Assembly: GCA_051453625.1 (NCBI GenBank)
Contig: JBOZIK010000001.1
Location: 22,447,026-22,511,018, forward strand
Length of the DNA stretch: 63,993 bases
Direction: 5' to 3'
Origin: Welwitschia mirabilis
Taxonomy: Eukaryota
Shown in pieces: positions 13,661 through 25,546 of the stretch. A program made the translations under genes and the position numbers. Under the pieces are notes generated by a model. It was not told where the DNA came from, searched no databases, and saw only the letters and a program-made list of their open reading frames with translations. Position 1 is the stretch's first letter. Each line of letters starts with the position of its first letter.

Positions 13661-13672
13661 GCTTTGATACCA
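13661..13672 (-). promoter_or_regulatory. PBS (tRNA-iMet) of element A
   Basis: Minus strand TGGTATCAAAGC. Confidence 0.9.
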
Positions 13673-13674
13673 AT

Positions 13675-14771
13675 TATTAGAACTGTTAGACACCCTTTTG
13701 AGGGTGGGGATTGAATAGGATATTCACAAAAATTATTTATAAATCTAATTAAATAAAATAATTTAAAACATAGATTAAAAAGTTAATCAAGCACATAATA
13801 TTACAATAATAAAGGAAAATAGAAAAAGCAATAAAAACACATTGTCTGCAGGATTTATAATGGTTTAGTAATCATTTCCTACTCCACTTTTAGGGGTAGC
13901 AACATGCTTTTACCTTTAAGTTCTCTTATAATACCCTTTACCAAGGGTAGCTTACAACACTTTTTAAGAAGGGTCAAAATCAACACCCTTTATCAAGGAT
14001 TATAAATCTCATTCCCATCAGCAACTATAAGATTTTAATCAAAGAGGGTCTAATGGTATGAATGCCTTTAGCATAGTACATTAGCAAATAGAATCAGTAC
14101 TTTACATGTAATAGATATCTTAGTGTAGATTATATTAGAAGATTACATTAGATTTTAGCTCAGGGATTAGTTTAGGAGCTAGTGATTACAATAGTGATTA
14201 TTCAACCTTTTATACAAAGGATTACAAACAGTAGCTGTCAGAGCCTCAAATTTGAAATCCTAGTCATTTTACAAATAATTATAATCATTTGTTCTTTAAA
14301 AAAATGTTTTTCAATAGCCACAATAGTTACTTTTTTCCTCCAACATTTTCTTTCCTAGACATTTATTTTTTTAGTTTTGGAGTCTTCGTTGTAATATTTG
14401 ATTCCTGTCAAAATTGCAAGGTATCTTAGATGTTTGGATGCAAGATCTAGATGTTCTTATAATAAGGGCCAATGACAGGGATGGATGTTCCATTATAAAA
14501 CTTTAGACATCCCCATAGCTCTCTTCTGTGAATAGGGCTAGACATCCTAATAAACTTCTCAAACACCCACATTTATTCTGCCCCACACAGGACTAAACAT
14601 CCTAGTCACTAAACTCGGACATCCTCATACAAATCATTTTGTAAAGGTCTAGATGTTTAGAATAAGTTTCAGACATCCTATTTCGCATGACATCAGATTT
14701 TATCAATTTTGACTCAACTTTGTGGATGATAAAATAACTTTGAACATCATTGAAACATGTATTATTTCATG
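13675..14771 (-). repeat. 5' LTR of element A
   Basis: Colinear with 5917-7016 and adjacent to the PBS. Confidence 0.9.
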
Positions 14772-17700
14772 CCTTTCATTTGAGTGTGGCTTTATGCTAT
14801 TAATTTTATTCTATTTCTCATAACTTGGGAGTCCTCATTTAACTTGTTCTAGAATATTCATTTTATTCCTATGATACTGTGATCATTTGATTTGAGAATA
14901 GGTTTTCAAAAATTACTGTTCTTAAATTGATTAAGCTTATTTTGCATCGTGTTTATCTAACATTTATCTTGTTTAGCTTCTAAAAATGTCTTAAATTCAA
15001 AAGTAGACATAGGTCACATGTTGGTACAAATTAAACTTCTAACCTTAATCATGTTAAACACATTTTCAATAATTGATTCTATAGACAATTCCTTAGGAAT
15101 AATTATTTCTTTGAATTTCTCTTAGTTAGAAGTTGAAGAAGAAGTTTTGGAAGAAGAAAGTGGGTTTGAGGAAGATGAAACAGAGGTTTAAACATTGGAT
15201 TTGATTCTTTGTAAAACTAGATCCACACTTTCATCTTCATTACCACTTCTATCATCACATTCATCTATTCTTACTTGTACACATTTTTTAATTCTACTTG
15301 AATTATGGTTGTAGACTTTATAGGCTTTACTTATTTTAGAATATCAAAGAAAAATGTCTTTAAAGACTTTGAGTTAAATTTCTTAACTTATTTGATATTT
15401 CCAGAATATAGAATTTACTACTAAATATCTTAAAGTATGATACATTTGGGTTTTATATTTCCACATCTAATAAGATGTTTTGGTAGTAACAAGTCTAGGA
15501 AAAGCTCTATTAGAGATATAATAAGCTATGTTAAAAGCTTCATCCTAAATTCTTTTGGCTATTTTTTTTTCATGAAGCATGGTTCTAGTCATTTCCTAAA
15601 GAACCTTGTTCTTTCTTTCTAATACTCTATTACACTGAGGGCTTTGAAGGGCAAAAACCTCATGAAACAATTCATTTTTGAATTATAGTCCATAATCACT
15701 TTTGATTTTCTTTATGTTTTAATTAGTTTCATTTTATAACCTTCTGCATAAGACTTAAAATTTCTTAAAAGCTTCATTCTTGTTCCTTAAGAACAATACC
15801 CATAAAAATCTAGAAAACTCATTAATGATTACAAACACATATTTATTTTCACTGAGACATTCTACAATGACAACACCTGTAAGACTAAGATAAAGAAGGT
15901 CTAAGGGTTAGTAAAAAGAAACATGATTAGTTTAAGAAAAACTCTTTCTTATTTGCTTTTCTAATCAATAATAAGAAAAAATATAATCTTCAACTCTACT
16001 TAAGTTATAGTACCTTTGATTAGATCATGTTTTAAGATGTTGTAAATATTTTTATAATTAACATTGCCTAAGCATTTACGTGAGAGTATACCTTCATTAG
16101 AAACAATAGTAGACAAACACTTATTTCCTAACCCTTATCTAATTGAGTAAACATTTTCATCTCTATCACAAGATAAAATAGCATTTTCCTAATTATCTAA
16201 AACATGATAATTATAAGCACTAAAAAGAGTATGCATATGTTTATCACAAATTTGGCTAATGATAAGGAGGTTATGCTTTAGACCATTTACATAGGGGATA
16301 TTGTCGATTTTTGGAAAGTTTTTAACACTGATTGTTATCAATGTCTTCTACCTTTGCATTCTTATTATTCCCAAATGTTACTTCACCTCCTTCAATCTTT
16401 TTCATGTTTATAAACTAGTTTGTATTGCTTATCATATCTTAAACACCCACTATTAAAATGCCACTGTACATGGTTAGTAGCAGACAATGTGATATAAATC
16501 AAGAGACCTTTATAACTCTTTTTATTACTCAATCTAAGATCAAAATTTAGATTTTTCTTTATAAATTAAAATTTAGAAAGGGTATTAAATCTTTAAATTA
16601 CATTACTAACATGATAATTGATTTTAGTATGATTAAACCTATTGCAACAATAACATATAAGAGATTTATTACTTATTTTATTGAATTTAATTTTTTTAGC
16701 ATAAGGTTGAACATCAAGTAACTTGACATTTCAAAATACAAGAGCTTTATCATTAAAGGGAAAAGATGATTTGCTTCAAAAAGTAGGAACACAAGAGAAA
16801 GAGATAGGTGGAACATGTTCCAAGCCACTTTTGTCACTTGATGCTCTTTGCTTAAATGACATAGAAATCAATGACCTACTAATTATAGAAAACTTTAAAA
16901 TTATTTTATTTAAATCATTAATTTTTAAAGTAAATACTGACATTTCATTGCTTTTGCTTTTTAGAGCACTTAAAGACTTTTGATCTTCTTTTTAAGGTAG
17001 GCTACTTGTCCTCCCAAGTTCTTCTTTATAAGCTTCAATTCTAATTTTTTCCCTTTTTTCCCTTTTTTTCTAAAACTTGGACTGGACCCCTGTTTAATTG
17101 GGTGTTTTCCTTTAATATCCTTTCACTCTCCTCATACAGTTCTTAGTATGCCTCCATTAGATCCTCTTTCTATTTGTTATCCTCATTTCTACACCTTCTT
17201 TGGTCTCTTCTACTTAAGTTTTCATATCATCATCATTAATGTTTGAGGACCAATCATCTGCATCACATTTTTCATTACCTATAAGACCTTACATAGTTTT
17301 AAAATCTAAATCATGGGGATTAGTTAAATCAAATTCAAAGCCATCGTTTATCTTTGTAATGATTACCAAATTATGTGAGGTAAGTGTTATAAGAGAAAGT
17401 CTATTATTACTAGGAGCATCTTCATGATTTAAATCAATACTATCCTAAGTGATCATATTGCATTTTGTTTTGACATCCCTTGATGCCTTCTTCTTATTAT
17501 TAGATACTCAGCTACCATGTATCCAAATCATTTGTAAGCATAGCATTTGATGCTCCCTACTTTTGAGTTACCCTTTGATCTTAAAAATGAATTGCCTGAT
17601 CCTTCTTGCTTTTCCACATTTGGCCTACTAATGCCTTCTTAAATTTTTTTTTTAAATAAGAATAATTTTTCATCCATATTAGAATTGAAATCTGAAGATG

Positions 17701-18405
17701 AGAATTAATAGATTCATCATTCTTATTTCTAGAAGGAGGAGTTTAACTTGCATTTAGAATCATATCTTTATCTTTGTTATCTTTTTGGAGATGTTGTAAT
17801 TCAAAGGTTAAGATCTTACTTACCAATTCTTTAAGCTTAATATTCTTGATATGTTTCATGTCTTTAATGAATAACACCTTGTTCTCATAGGTTTTAGGAA
17901 GTAATCCTATAATCTTGTTAGCTATTTGATTTATCTTCAAAGGTTCTCTAAGTTTCCATAGCCCATTTATGATGTCCATTAGTTTATTAGTAAATCTATG
18001 AATGTTTTATCTTTTTGCATATGGATTTGTCCAAATTATGTCATCAATGTTTTCTTTTTTATCTTCATTATTTAGCTAGTACCTTCATATGTTACTTATA
18101 AATAATTTAAAACTTCTTTAATAATAGAAAATTTTCTCACCTTTTTGTAGTTTTCTACATTGATATTACAGCTTAAATAATTTATNNNNNNNNNNNNNNN
18201 NNNNNNNNNNNNNNNNNNNNNNNNNNNNNNNNNNNNNNNNNNNNNNNNNNNNNATGTTGTAATACCATCAATTGCTTTTGCCTTCCTTAATAGTAGTATA
18301 ACAATTGAAGCTCACAGATTTAATGAAACTTACATCCTTATCTTCCAAAATTCATAGTTGTTATTGCTGAAGTAGGAAGAATGATTAATTGGTTAAACTT
18401 CCATC
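14772..18405 (-). pseudogene. gag-PR-IN-RT(start) remnant of element B
   Basis: ORF 17743-17979 (copia gag, KIIGLLPKTYENKV); WHFNSGC; GLKHNLLIISQICD; MQNKLNQFKN...IIGIK*IF*NKL...SHTQMKG. Confidence 0.88.
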
Positions 18406-18455
18406 TTTAGAAATCTATTTAATACTTAAATACAAGTAACTATACCTATAACAAA

Positions 18456-18467
18456 GCACTAATACCA
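18456..18467 (-). promoter_or_regulatory. PBS (tRNA-iMet, decayed) of element B
   Basis: Minus strand TGGTATTAGTGC. Confidence 0.8.
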
Positions 18468-18469
18468 AT

Positions 18470-19598
18470 TCTTAGAACTAACTATCCTAGAGAAAAGGGG
18501 TGAATAGGATACCTAAGGTAATTTTTACAAATTTAAATTTTAACACTTTGGAAGGCCAATGTAATTAATCTAGTAAAATAACCTATAACTAGTTCCATTA
18601 AACCTCTATTAATAATTCATGTAATTAACATATAATATAATAATTTAGCTTTATAAACTTTACCAATAATTAAGAACATAAGAGACAAATGTAAAAAAGG
18701 CAAGTCAACTTTCCTTTATTTCATATGTAATCTCTAGCCAAACTTCATCGAACTTTGTAGTAGTCCTCCACCAATATGATCAAAATTTAATCCTTAGTTA
18801 CTAACACAAGCTTTAATTCACTTTTTTACAATAATGATGTGTTTTTCTTAGAGAAGAAAGAATAAAAAACATGAGTATGAAGGAGTTTACAAGATTTTAA
18901 AGAAGATCAAAAAATTCTAAACAATTCTAAGAGATTTTCTATTCATAACAAATGAAATATAGCTATTGGTTGTAACTATGATGTTCTAAATGATTTTTAG
19001 AGGTCTTAAAATGGTTGGTTTACTTCTTAATATCACTTACAATAGTTTTTTATAGTCTTCAAATGGTTATATTTTTGTTGAATATTAAATTAATGGTCAA
19101 CCCTTCAATGATCTATGTAATCCCTTATGATATGCTCTAGAAGATCGATTTGAGTAGTTGATCCCTTAAAGTATCTAGTTAATCCCTTATGAAACATTAA
19201 TCTACTAGGAAGTCAAGCTCTAAAGAGTTTTGGTCAATCATAGGAATCTTGTTTATCTACTTTATACTAGGTGATCATCCTTTAAGTTTTTCTAGTTGCT
19301 CGCAATAGTTGATCCATGATGGTTGATCATAGGATAATGAATGTTAATTTTGCATTAGGTAGTTGTCTTTTCATCGAAGATGAGTTGAATGCACTCTAAC
19401 ATTCTACAAGTCCTAGTGATTTTGATGCATAACTTGATTAAATTCTTAACCATGAACTCCAAGTTCCTTAGTTCCATTTGTCAAATATTTTTAATTTCCC
19501 TTCCAAGTTCTTCGCATAAGTCCTACAAAAATTTTATTTCATAAGAGACTTGAGTTGAGATTTGGCTTGTTATCAATTGGTAACTAGGAGGTGCAACA
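18470..19598 (-). repeat. 5' LTR of element B
   Basis: Starts TGTTGCACC at 19598 on the minus strand; homologous in inverted orientation to 34600-35677 and ~38596-39634. Confidence 0.8.
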
Positions 19599-22590
19599 CT
19601 ATTTATTTCTCTTTAGGATTGAACTTCTTACCAATTATTAATATCAGAGCTATAGTAAAGCATTTAAATATTTTTTAATAATAAGTCTTATACTTGATTA
19701 TTCCTAGTTATGATTCTAAGTGCATATGGATATTCTATATCTAAGACTCTCCTATTCAATGGTTCAAATAATGTATTTTGGAAGACCAAGATGAGGATTT
19801 TTTTATAATCTATAGATGGTGATATTTAGGATACCATTCAAAATTATTATTTTATTTTCACCATTATAAATGCTTTAGTAAACATCGCTCTAAAGGAAAA
19901 CGACAAGTACTATATAAGAGAAAATAATGTTATCAAACTTATCTTTAAAGTTTAGAATATTATTTATTATGATGTTGGTGTAGATGAATTTAAGAGAATT
20001 ATAAATTTTAAATGGCCAAAGAAGCATATAACATCTTAAAAACAACCAATGAAATTTAATCAAGGAAGTAAAGCTTCAAATACTCATCACTCAATTTAAA
20101 GATGTAAAAATGAAAGACAATTAATGTTTCAAGAATATCTTTACTAAATTATTTGTTATTTTCAATTCTTTACTTACTTAAGAAAAGAAGAATCTAAGTG
20201 TTATGAAACTAGATGAATTATAAGATAATTTACATATCTTTGAGTTGAAAATTAAAGCCTCCCAAGGTAATGTAAAGGAGGAGGAGAACAATTGTGATTA
20301 TGAAATGAATAGTGATGATGATGTTGTTTAATTTAGAATATTTTTAGAAAGAAGAAATGAAGAAAGTAGAAATAATCGAAATCAAAAGAAAATAAATGAA
20401 AAGAAGAAAAAGATATAATGCTACACTTGTAAATGCTTTGGTCATATATCAAACAAATTCCTAAATAGCAAAAAGAAGCATAAAAAGAAAGGCAAGAAGG
20501 AACTTATTATTACTTGGAATGATGATCAAGAAGAATTTGAAGAATACAATTCATCAAATAATGAGAATAGGAGGATTTTTGTCAATTATAACTTTGATAC
20601 ATGCACTAATAATAATTTTTTTCTAACAATAAGTTGGAAATAGAAGATACTCAATTCAATGTATAAAGAATGTGAAATTCTAACTTATAAATCAAATACC
20701 TTAAAAGAAATATGAAAACTTTAAATGATAAAAAGTACTTTATAACTTATTGAAGCCTTGTCAATTAGGAAATAATGACTTATAAACTAGATTAGATAAT
20801 GCTCTAACAAAGCTAACAATTTTTTCTTATGATCAAGAAAAGATTGATAGGATGCTCAGGATTGGAAAAATGATTGGGAACAAGTCAAGAATTGGTTATG
20901 AATTATTGTCAACCTTTCAATAATTATCCTTGATCTTTCAACCATCAAAAGATCATGTGTCTATTTTTAGTAAGTTATCTAAGGTAAACTTTACTTCCTC
21001 AAAATTAAGTTTTGATACGATTTATCATTTGTGTAATAAAAATGGATAGTCTATGATAGATGGTTTTATTAATAAAGATTTTTATTATAATTCATTTAAC
21101 TAGTTCAGAATTATCCCTAAGGTTACTTCAAATACCTACCATACCAAGTAGGTTAAAAAGAATACATTGAGAAGATTCTTAATTCAAACAATAATTAAGA
21201 CCACTAACAATGTTTATTGATATATAAATAGTATTTTCTCCATGCATATGACACATAATAATCCAGGTTTATTACTTGAACTAACTTCAATGATGAATAA
21301 TTTACATTTGGTAATAATAACAAAGCAAAAAAATAAGGCATTAGCTATAGTTTACCAAGAATTAATGATATTTTTTTTGTAAATGATTTGAAGCATAATA
21401 TTTAGTGTATTAGTCAAATTATGAAAAAGTTCACAAAGTTATTTATGATAACTTCAGTGTAAAATTAGAGATAATACTTCTAATCACATTTTGTTAATAC
21501 CAAAACGAAATGAAGATGTTTATTGCATATAATAAATTTTTAATGATGAATGATTAATCATTGAATTCAATAATGATGTGCTATGGCATCAAAAGCTTGG
21601 ACATCAACTATGACAACTTGAAGAGACTTTTGAAAGGTAAATTGATAGGATGTTTGCTAAAAATATATTTTACTAATCAATCTATTTGTGATGCTTGTTA
21701 GAAAGGTAAACAAATAAGAGAAAATCTAACATCATAGCTTCTATACATTTACATTTGATTCATATGGACTTAGTAGGACCAATTCAAATAGTGGTTCTCT
21801 TAGGTAAATGTTATTTCCTATTCATTATTGATGATTTTTTAAGGTTTACTTAGGTTACTTTTAACATTATAAATCAAATACTTTTGATGCTTTTATCAAA
21901 ATTTGTTACATGTTAAAACTAAAAATGCTATATTATTAAAAAAAATTAGAAGTAATTATGAAGTTGAGTTTTAAAATATTAAGTGTAATAATTATTATAC
22001 TAATCTTAAAAGAAAACATGAATTTTTACCTAAAAATTCTTACCAAAAGTAAGTAGCTAAAAGAAAGTAGAAGGATTTATTAGATATGGCAAGGTTTCGC
22101 TAGATGACAAGGACATTCCTAAGACATTTTAGGTTGTTATATCATAGAGTATACTTAAGGCTAGTATAGAAAAGATACAATGTGAATTATGAAAAGATAC
22201 AAAACAAACATTTCTTACCTTAAGACTTTAATAACAATTCTTGTAAAAAATTTGATTCAAAGTCTAAGTACTGTATTTTTTTGAGCTATTTTTCAACTAG
22301 CTCTACTTCTAAAGTATCCAATAAAATAATTCTAATAATTTGTTATTGCAAAAGTTGATTATGTTTTAAATAGATAGCAATGATGATCATGATGCTAGTT
22401 ATTATGCTCAACTTGTTTTCTATAACAATGTTTATGTTAAGTATAAAAAAATTTCTAAAATGAATGCGCTAAAAAATTATCTTCTAGACCTCATGGTCGA
22501 TCAAGTTAATCAAGGGATAAATACTAGATTTTATTAAATAATTTTAGTGCTTATGTATCATTTATTTCTTAGATTAATCCAAAGGCTCGT
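19599..22590 (+). mobile_element. Element D: truncated, heavily decayed Ty1/copia (LTR tip, PBS, gag, PR, IN; no RT seen)
   Basis: Decayed PBS TAATATCAGAGC at 19639-19650; LFNGSNNVFWKTKM; knuckle ICYTCKCFGH ~20415; *YINSIFSMHMT ~21220; LWHQKLGH ~21580; CDAC*KGKQ; LHLIHMDLVGP ~21750. Confidence 0.88.
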
Positions 22591-25409
22591 CTAAATTATT
22601 TTATCATTCTTCTAAATTTGGATTTCTTCTTTTTAAATTAGTTCTATTATTTCGAAATGAATGTTATTCATTTTTTATTCTAGTTTATTAAGAAAGAAAG
22701 ATAGCATTCTTTGGATAATGAGACATCTTCCTTTAACAAAACAAGTTTTGTGTTTCATTAATGAAGTTAACAATTTTTTTAAATAATTATGTTAACTTGC
22801 TAATATTTTCCTCAAATTTTAACTTGGTTTTACACTTAAACTTTATTTTGGATTTTAGATTCATCTAGATTTGTTTTATCATCATCTTTCTAATTTTTTC
22901 TTTGTTGTGTTTTGACATCTTTAAACATATTTTATCTTTGGTTTTATTTTATAATCATTAGGATAGTAACATTAAAAATAAATAAAATAAAATTACTTCA
23001 TCACTTCAAATTTTTTTAAGTATATTTTCTTATTAAGTTCTTTTATTTACTGAGTAGCCTTTTTGTTCCTTCATAGTACTCTAATATTTTAGCTAAAACT
23101 TGTTTTATTTAAAGTGCTAATCAATATTGTTTTATTTTAAGAAGGTGACTTTAAGTATATGCTTTGTGTTAGGACCTATTTCATCCTTGGATGAACATAT
23201 AAACTAACACAAATACAAATACATTTTATACTCTTTGTCTTATATTACTTTGATGGAAGGATAATATTTATAAGATAGATAACAAAGGTGAAAACTTGTA
23301 TTTTATTAGATACAATAGAATTTTTCATGGTAAATCTAAAAAGTTTTTCTCTTTGAATTTTAAGATCTTATTTAGTTGGTTTATTAGCTGTAGCTATATA
23401 TTCTACTTATTTTTCAACTAGTTTATCATGTTTAGAAGTTTCTTTCACATCTTCTTATTCTACAGATTGCTTAATTTTAGGTAACTCTAGTTGTTCTAGA
23501 ACTTGAATTCAATGAAGCTTCTAAACTTGAGTATGAAGCTCATTGATGCTTTTTCATGATTTATCAAATTTATTTTCTATTTTTCCTCTCTTAATAAAGA
23601 TCTAATCCTTCTCCCCTTCAAGCTAAGGGACTTAGAACTATGTTCTATTGAAGTATTATTAGAGTGATTTATTATTGGTCTTTATTTGTATTAGCTCCAC
23701 TGTTTATTTGTTTTAAGCATCCTAAATTCTAAATCTATACCTTTAAAATGATTACAATAATTTCATTTGAAACTATTCCTTATTCTTCTTTATCTTAATT
23801 TTTTTCTTCTCTAAGTTGTTCAGTATGTTTTAGAACTATCATATCAACTTCATTACAGTTTTCTTTTGCTACCTCTTTTATTTTATTAATCTTAGTCCAT
23901 AAGCATACTTTAACAATATTTGAACTTCTTGTGTTATTAACATTTTTAAAATCTTATTATTTCTTACAAGTTTCTATTAATCTAGTCCTTGAATGCATGA
24001 ATATGTTTATTCTTGTAGAACTATTCTATCTTCATTTTCGACAAAATGTTCCATAGCTTCATTATTTATTATAGGGTTCTTGACATATTCTTATAGGACT
24101 ATGATAGTGATGATATTAGAAAACTAACAATGTATAGTATTCCTATTTTTCCTACTCTAGTAAAATTTACATGCTTGATTTGATTTTTTACATAAATATA
24201 CTCATCCTTCTTAAGCATAAAAATAAGGATCTTCTCTAGATGTTGTAAAAAACCTAGGTTGTATTTTTTATCATATCACTAATAGTTTAAATATTTCTTC
24301 CATGGCCTACTTTCCTTTTGCTTCGATTGGTATTATAAACATTCTAGTGGGCTAAATAGGCTTATGTAGTGATGGTGATCTTGGTTCTTTAAAGATTAGT
24401 GATAATGAACTGCTAAATGAAATAGCTTTTTTTATAGCACCTTTTCTTGTCTTTGTCCCTAACATTTTTGTTAATAAAGTGTAATATTAATATAGAGATA
24501 ATGCAATGAAAATACCAAGAGTACTTTTAAAATTGTGTATTTACTAAGGAATAAAAAATATCAAAGAAACTATGTAATAAATAGAGTGTTGAGATGTAAT
24601 ATCCCAATATCTTTATCATTTCCTTAGAGTGTGTTTTGATCATCACATTGGAGTGTAAGTTATTGGAAGATATTTATCTTGTATTACCAACGATATCAAT
24701 CATAGTATTCATCTTCTTCAAGGTTGCATCATTACCAATCCTCATGAGTCTTGTCATTCTTCTTGGACATCAGACCTTTTACTTTTGCTTCATCTGGAGG
24801 TTACCGAGATTGTTTAATGCCATAGGGGGGTTACTCTCTACTATTTCTGTTCACCACTACCCTTCATAAATTCTAGTACCATCATCTATAGACCAACTAG
24901 CCTTCTTGATAATAATTTTTGAGTTTGTAAATTTTAAATTTTTCACTACCACTGTGACAATTTAGGGAAGAGAACTAAGGATAAGAAAATGATGGTAAGA
25001 GTTGGAGCAATGAAAGTTTATCATCACTACCTAGATCTGGCATCGTATTTCTCTCTGATAGTAAAATGAAAGAGAAGTTAAAGGAAAAATCAGTTTTTCA
25101 TTTTAGTTATTTGGTATTTGACTATTGAATTCTGGGTAAAGCTAAATATATTCTACCTCTCTACACAGAGAGCCTACAAGTTTCTTAGTTAAGTTCTTGA
25201 CTTCAAAAGAGCTCTCCAAGTTTTGACTGTGGGCCTGTATGGAGAAATTCGAGAAAATGGAATAGCGAGATCAAGAATTTGATAAAAAGAAAAAGACATA
25301 ATTTGATTCAAAGCTGTACATCAACCCTGTTTAAGCATGCTTTGCTTCTGGTGAGTATTCTAATTATGATTTTACACTCTAGAAATATTAGATATGCAAT
25401 CGGTTTCTG

Positions 25410-25546
25410 ATGGCTTCTCTTATAATATAGAAGAATACCCTCTATGTTGGTGGGCTTACAAAGGATATAACCAAAGAGATACTATGTTCAGAAATCATAT
25501 TGGAAACGTCAAGGACATGATAATGCCACTAGACTAGTTCACTTGA
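25410..25546 (+). pseudogene. Host-gene fragment: N-terminal half of an RRM of the cyclophilin-E/PPIE (CYP33) type, like the stand-alone plant RRM protein
   Basis: [42 protein letters not shown] matches the recalled family sequence [38 protein letters not shown]; stops and a frameshift present. Confidence 0.8.

Larger units (their letters stand above)
5917..14771 (-). mobile_element. Element A: structurally complete but decayed Sirevirus (SIRE, Ty1/copia) with env-like ORF
   Basis: Two ~1.1 kb homologous LTRs, Met PBS at 13661-13672, gag-PR-IN-RT-RH order, env-like ORF, several PPTs, decayed TSD tcttc/ccttt. Confidence 0.93.
4469..19598 (-). mobile_element. Element B: decayed Ty1/copia (Sirevirus-type) element, interrupted in RT by element A and cut at 4469 by element C
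   Basis: 5' LTR 18470-19598, PBS 18456-18467, gag ~17450-18405, protease WHFNSGC ~16445, integrase ~15300-15950, RT start 14772-14980. RT resumes at 5916 (EDTDFNETF) and 4699-4470 (GNIDKALFIK...QIYIYDII). Confidence 0.85.

Noticed and set aside
22700..22760. Possible zinc knuckle suggesting a caulimovirid coat protein
   Set aside because: Needs two indels and a substitution to fit CX2CX4HX4C; no viral RT or movement protein nearby.
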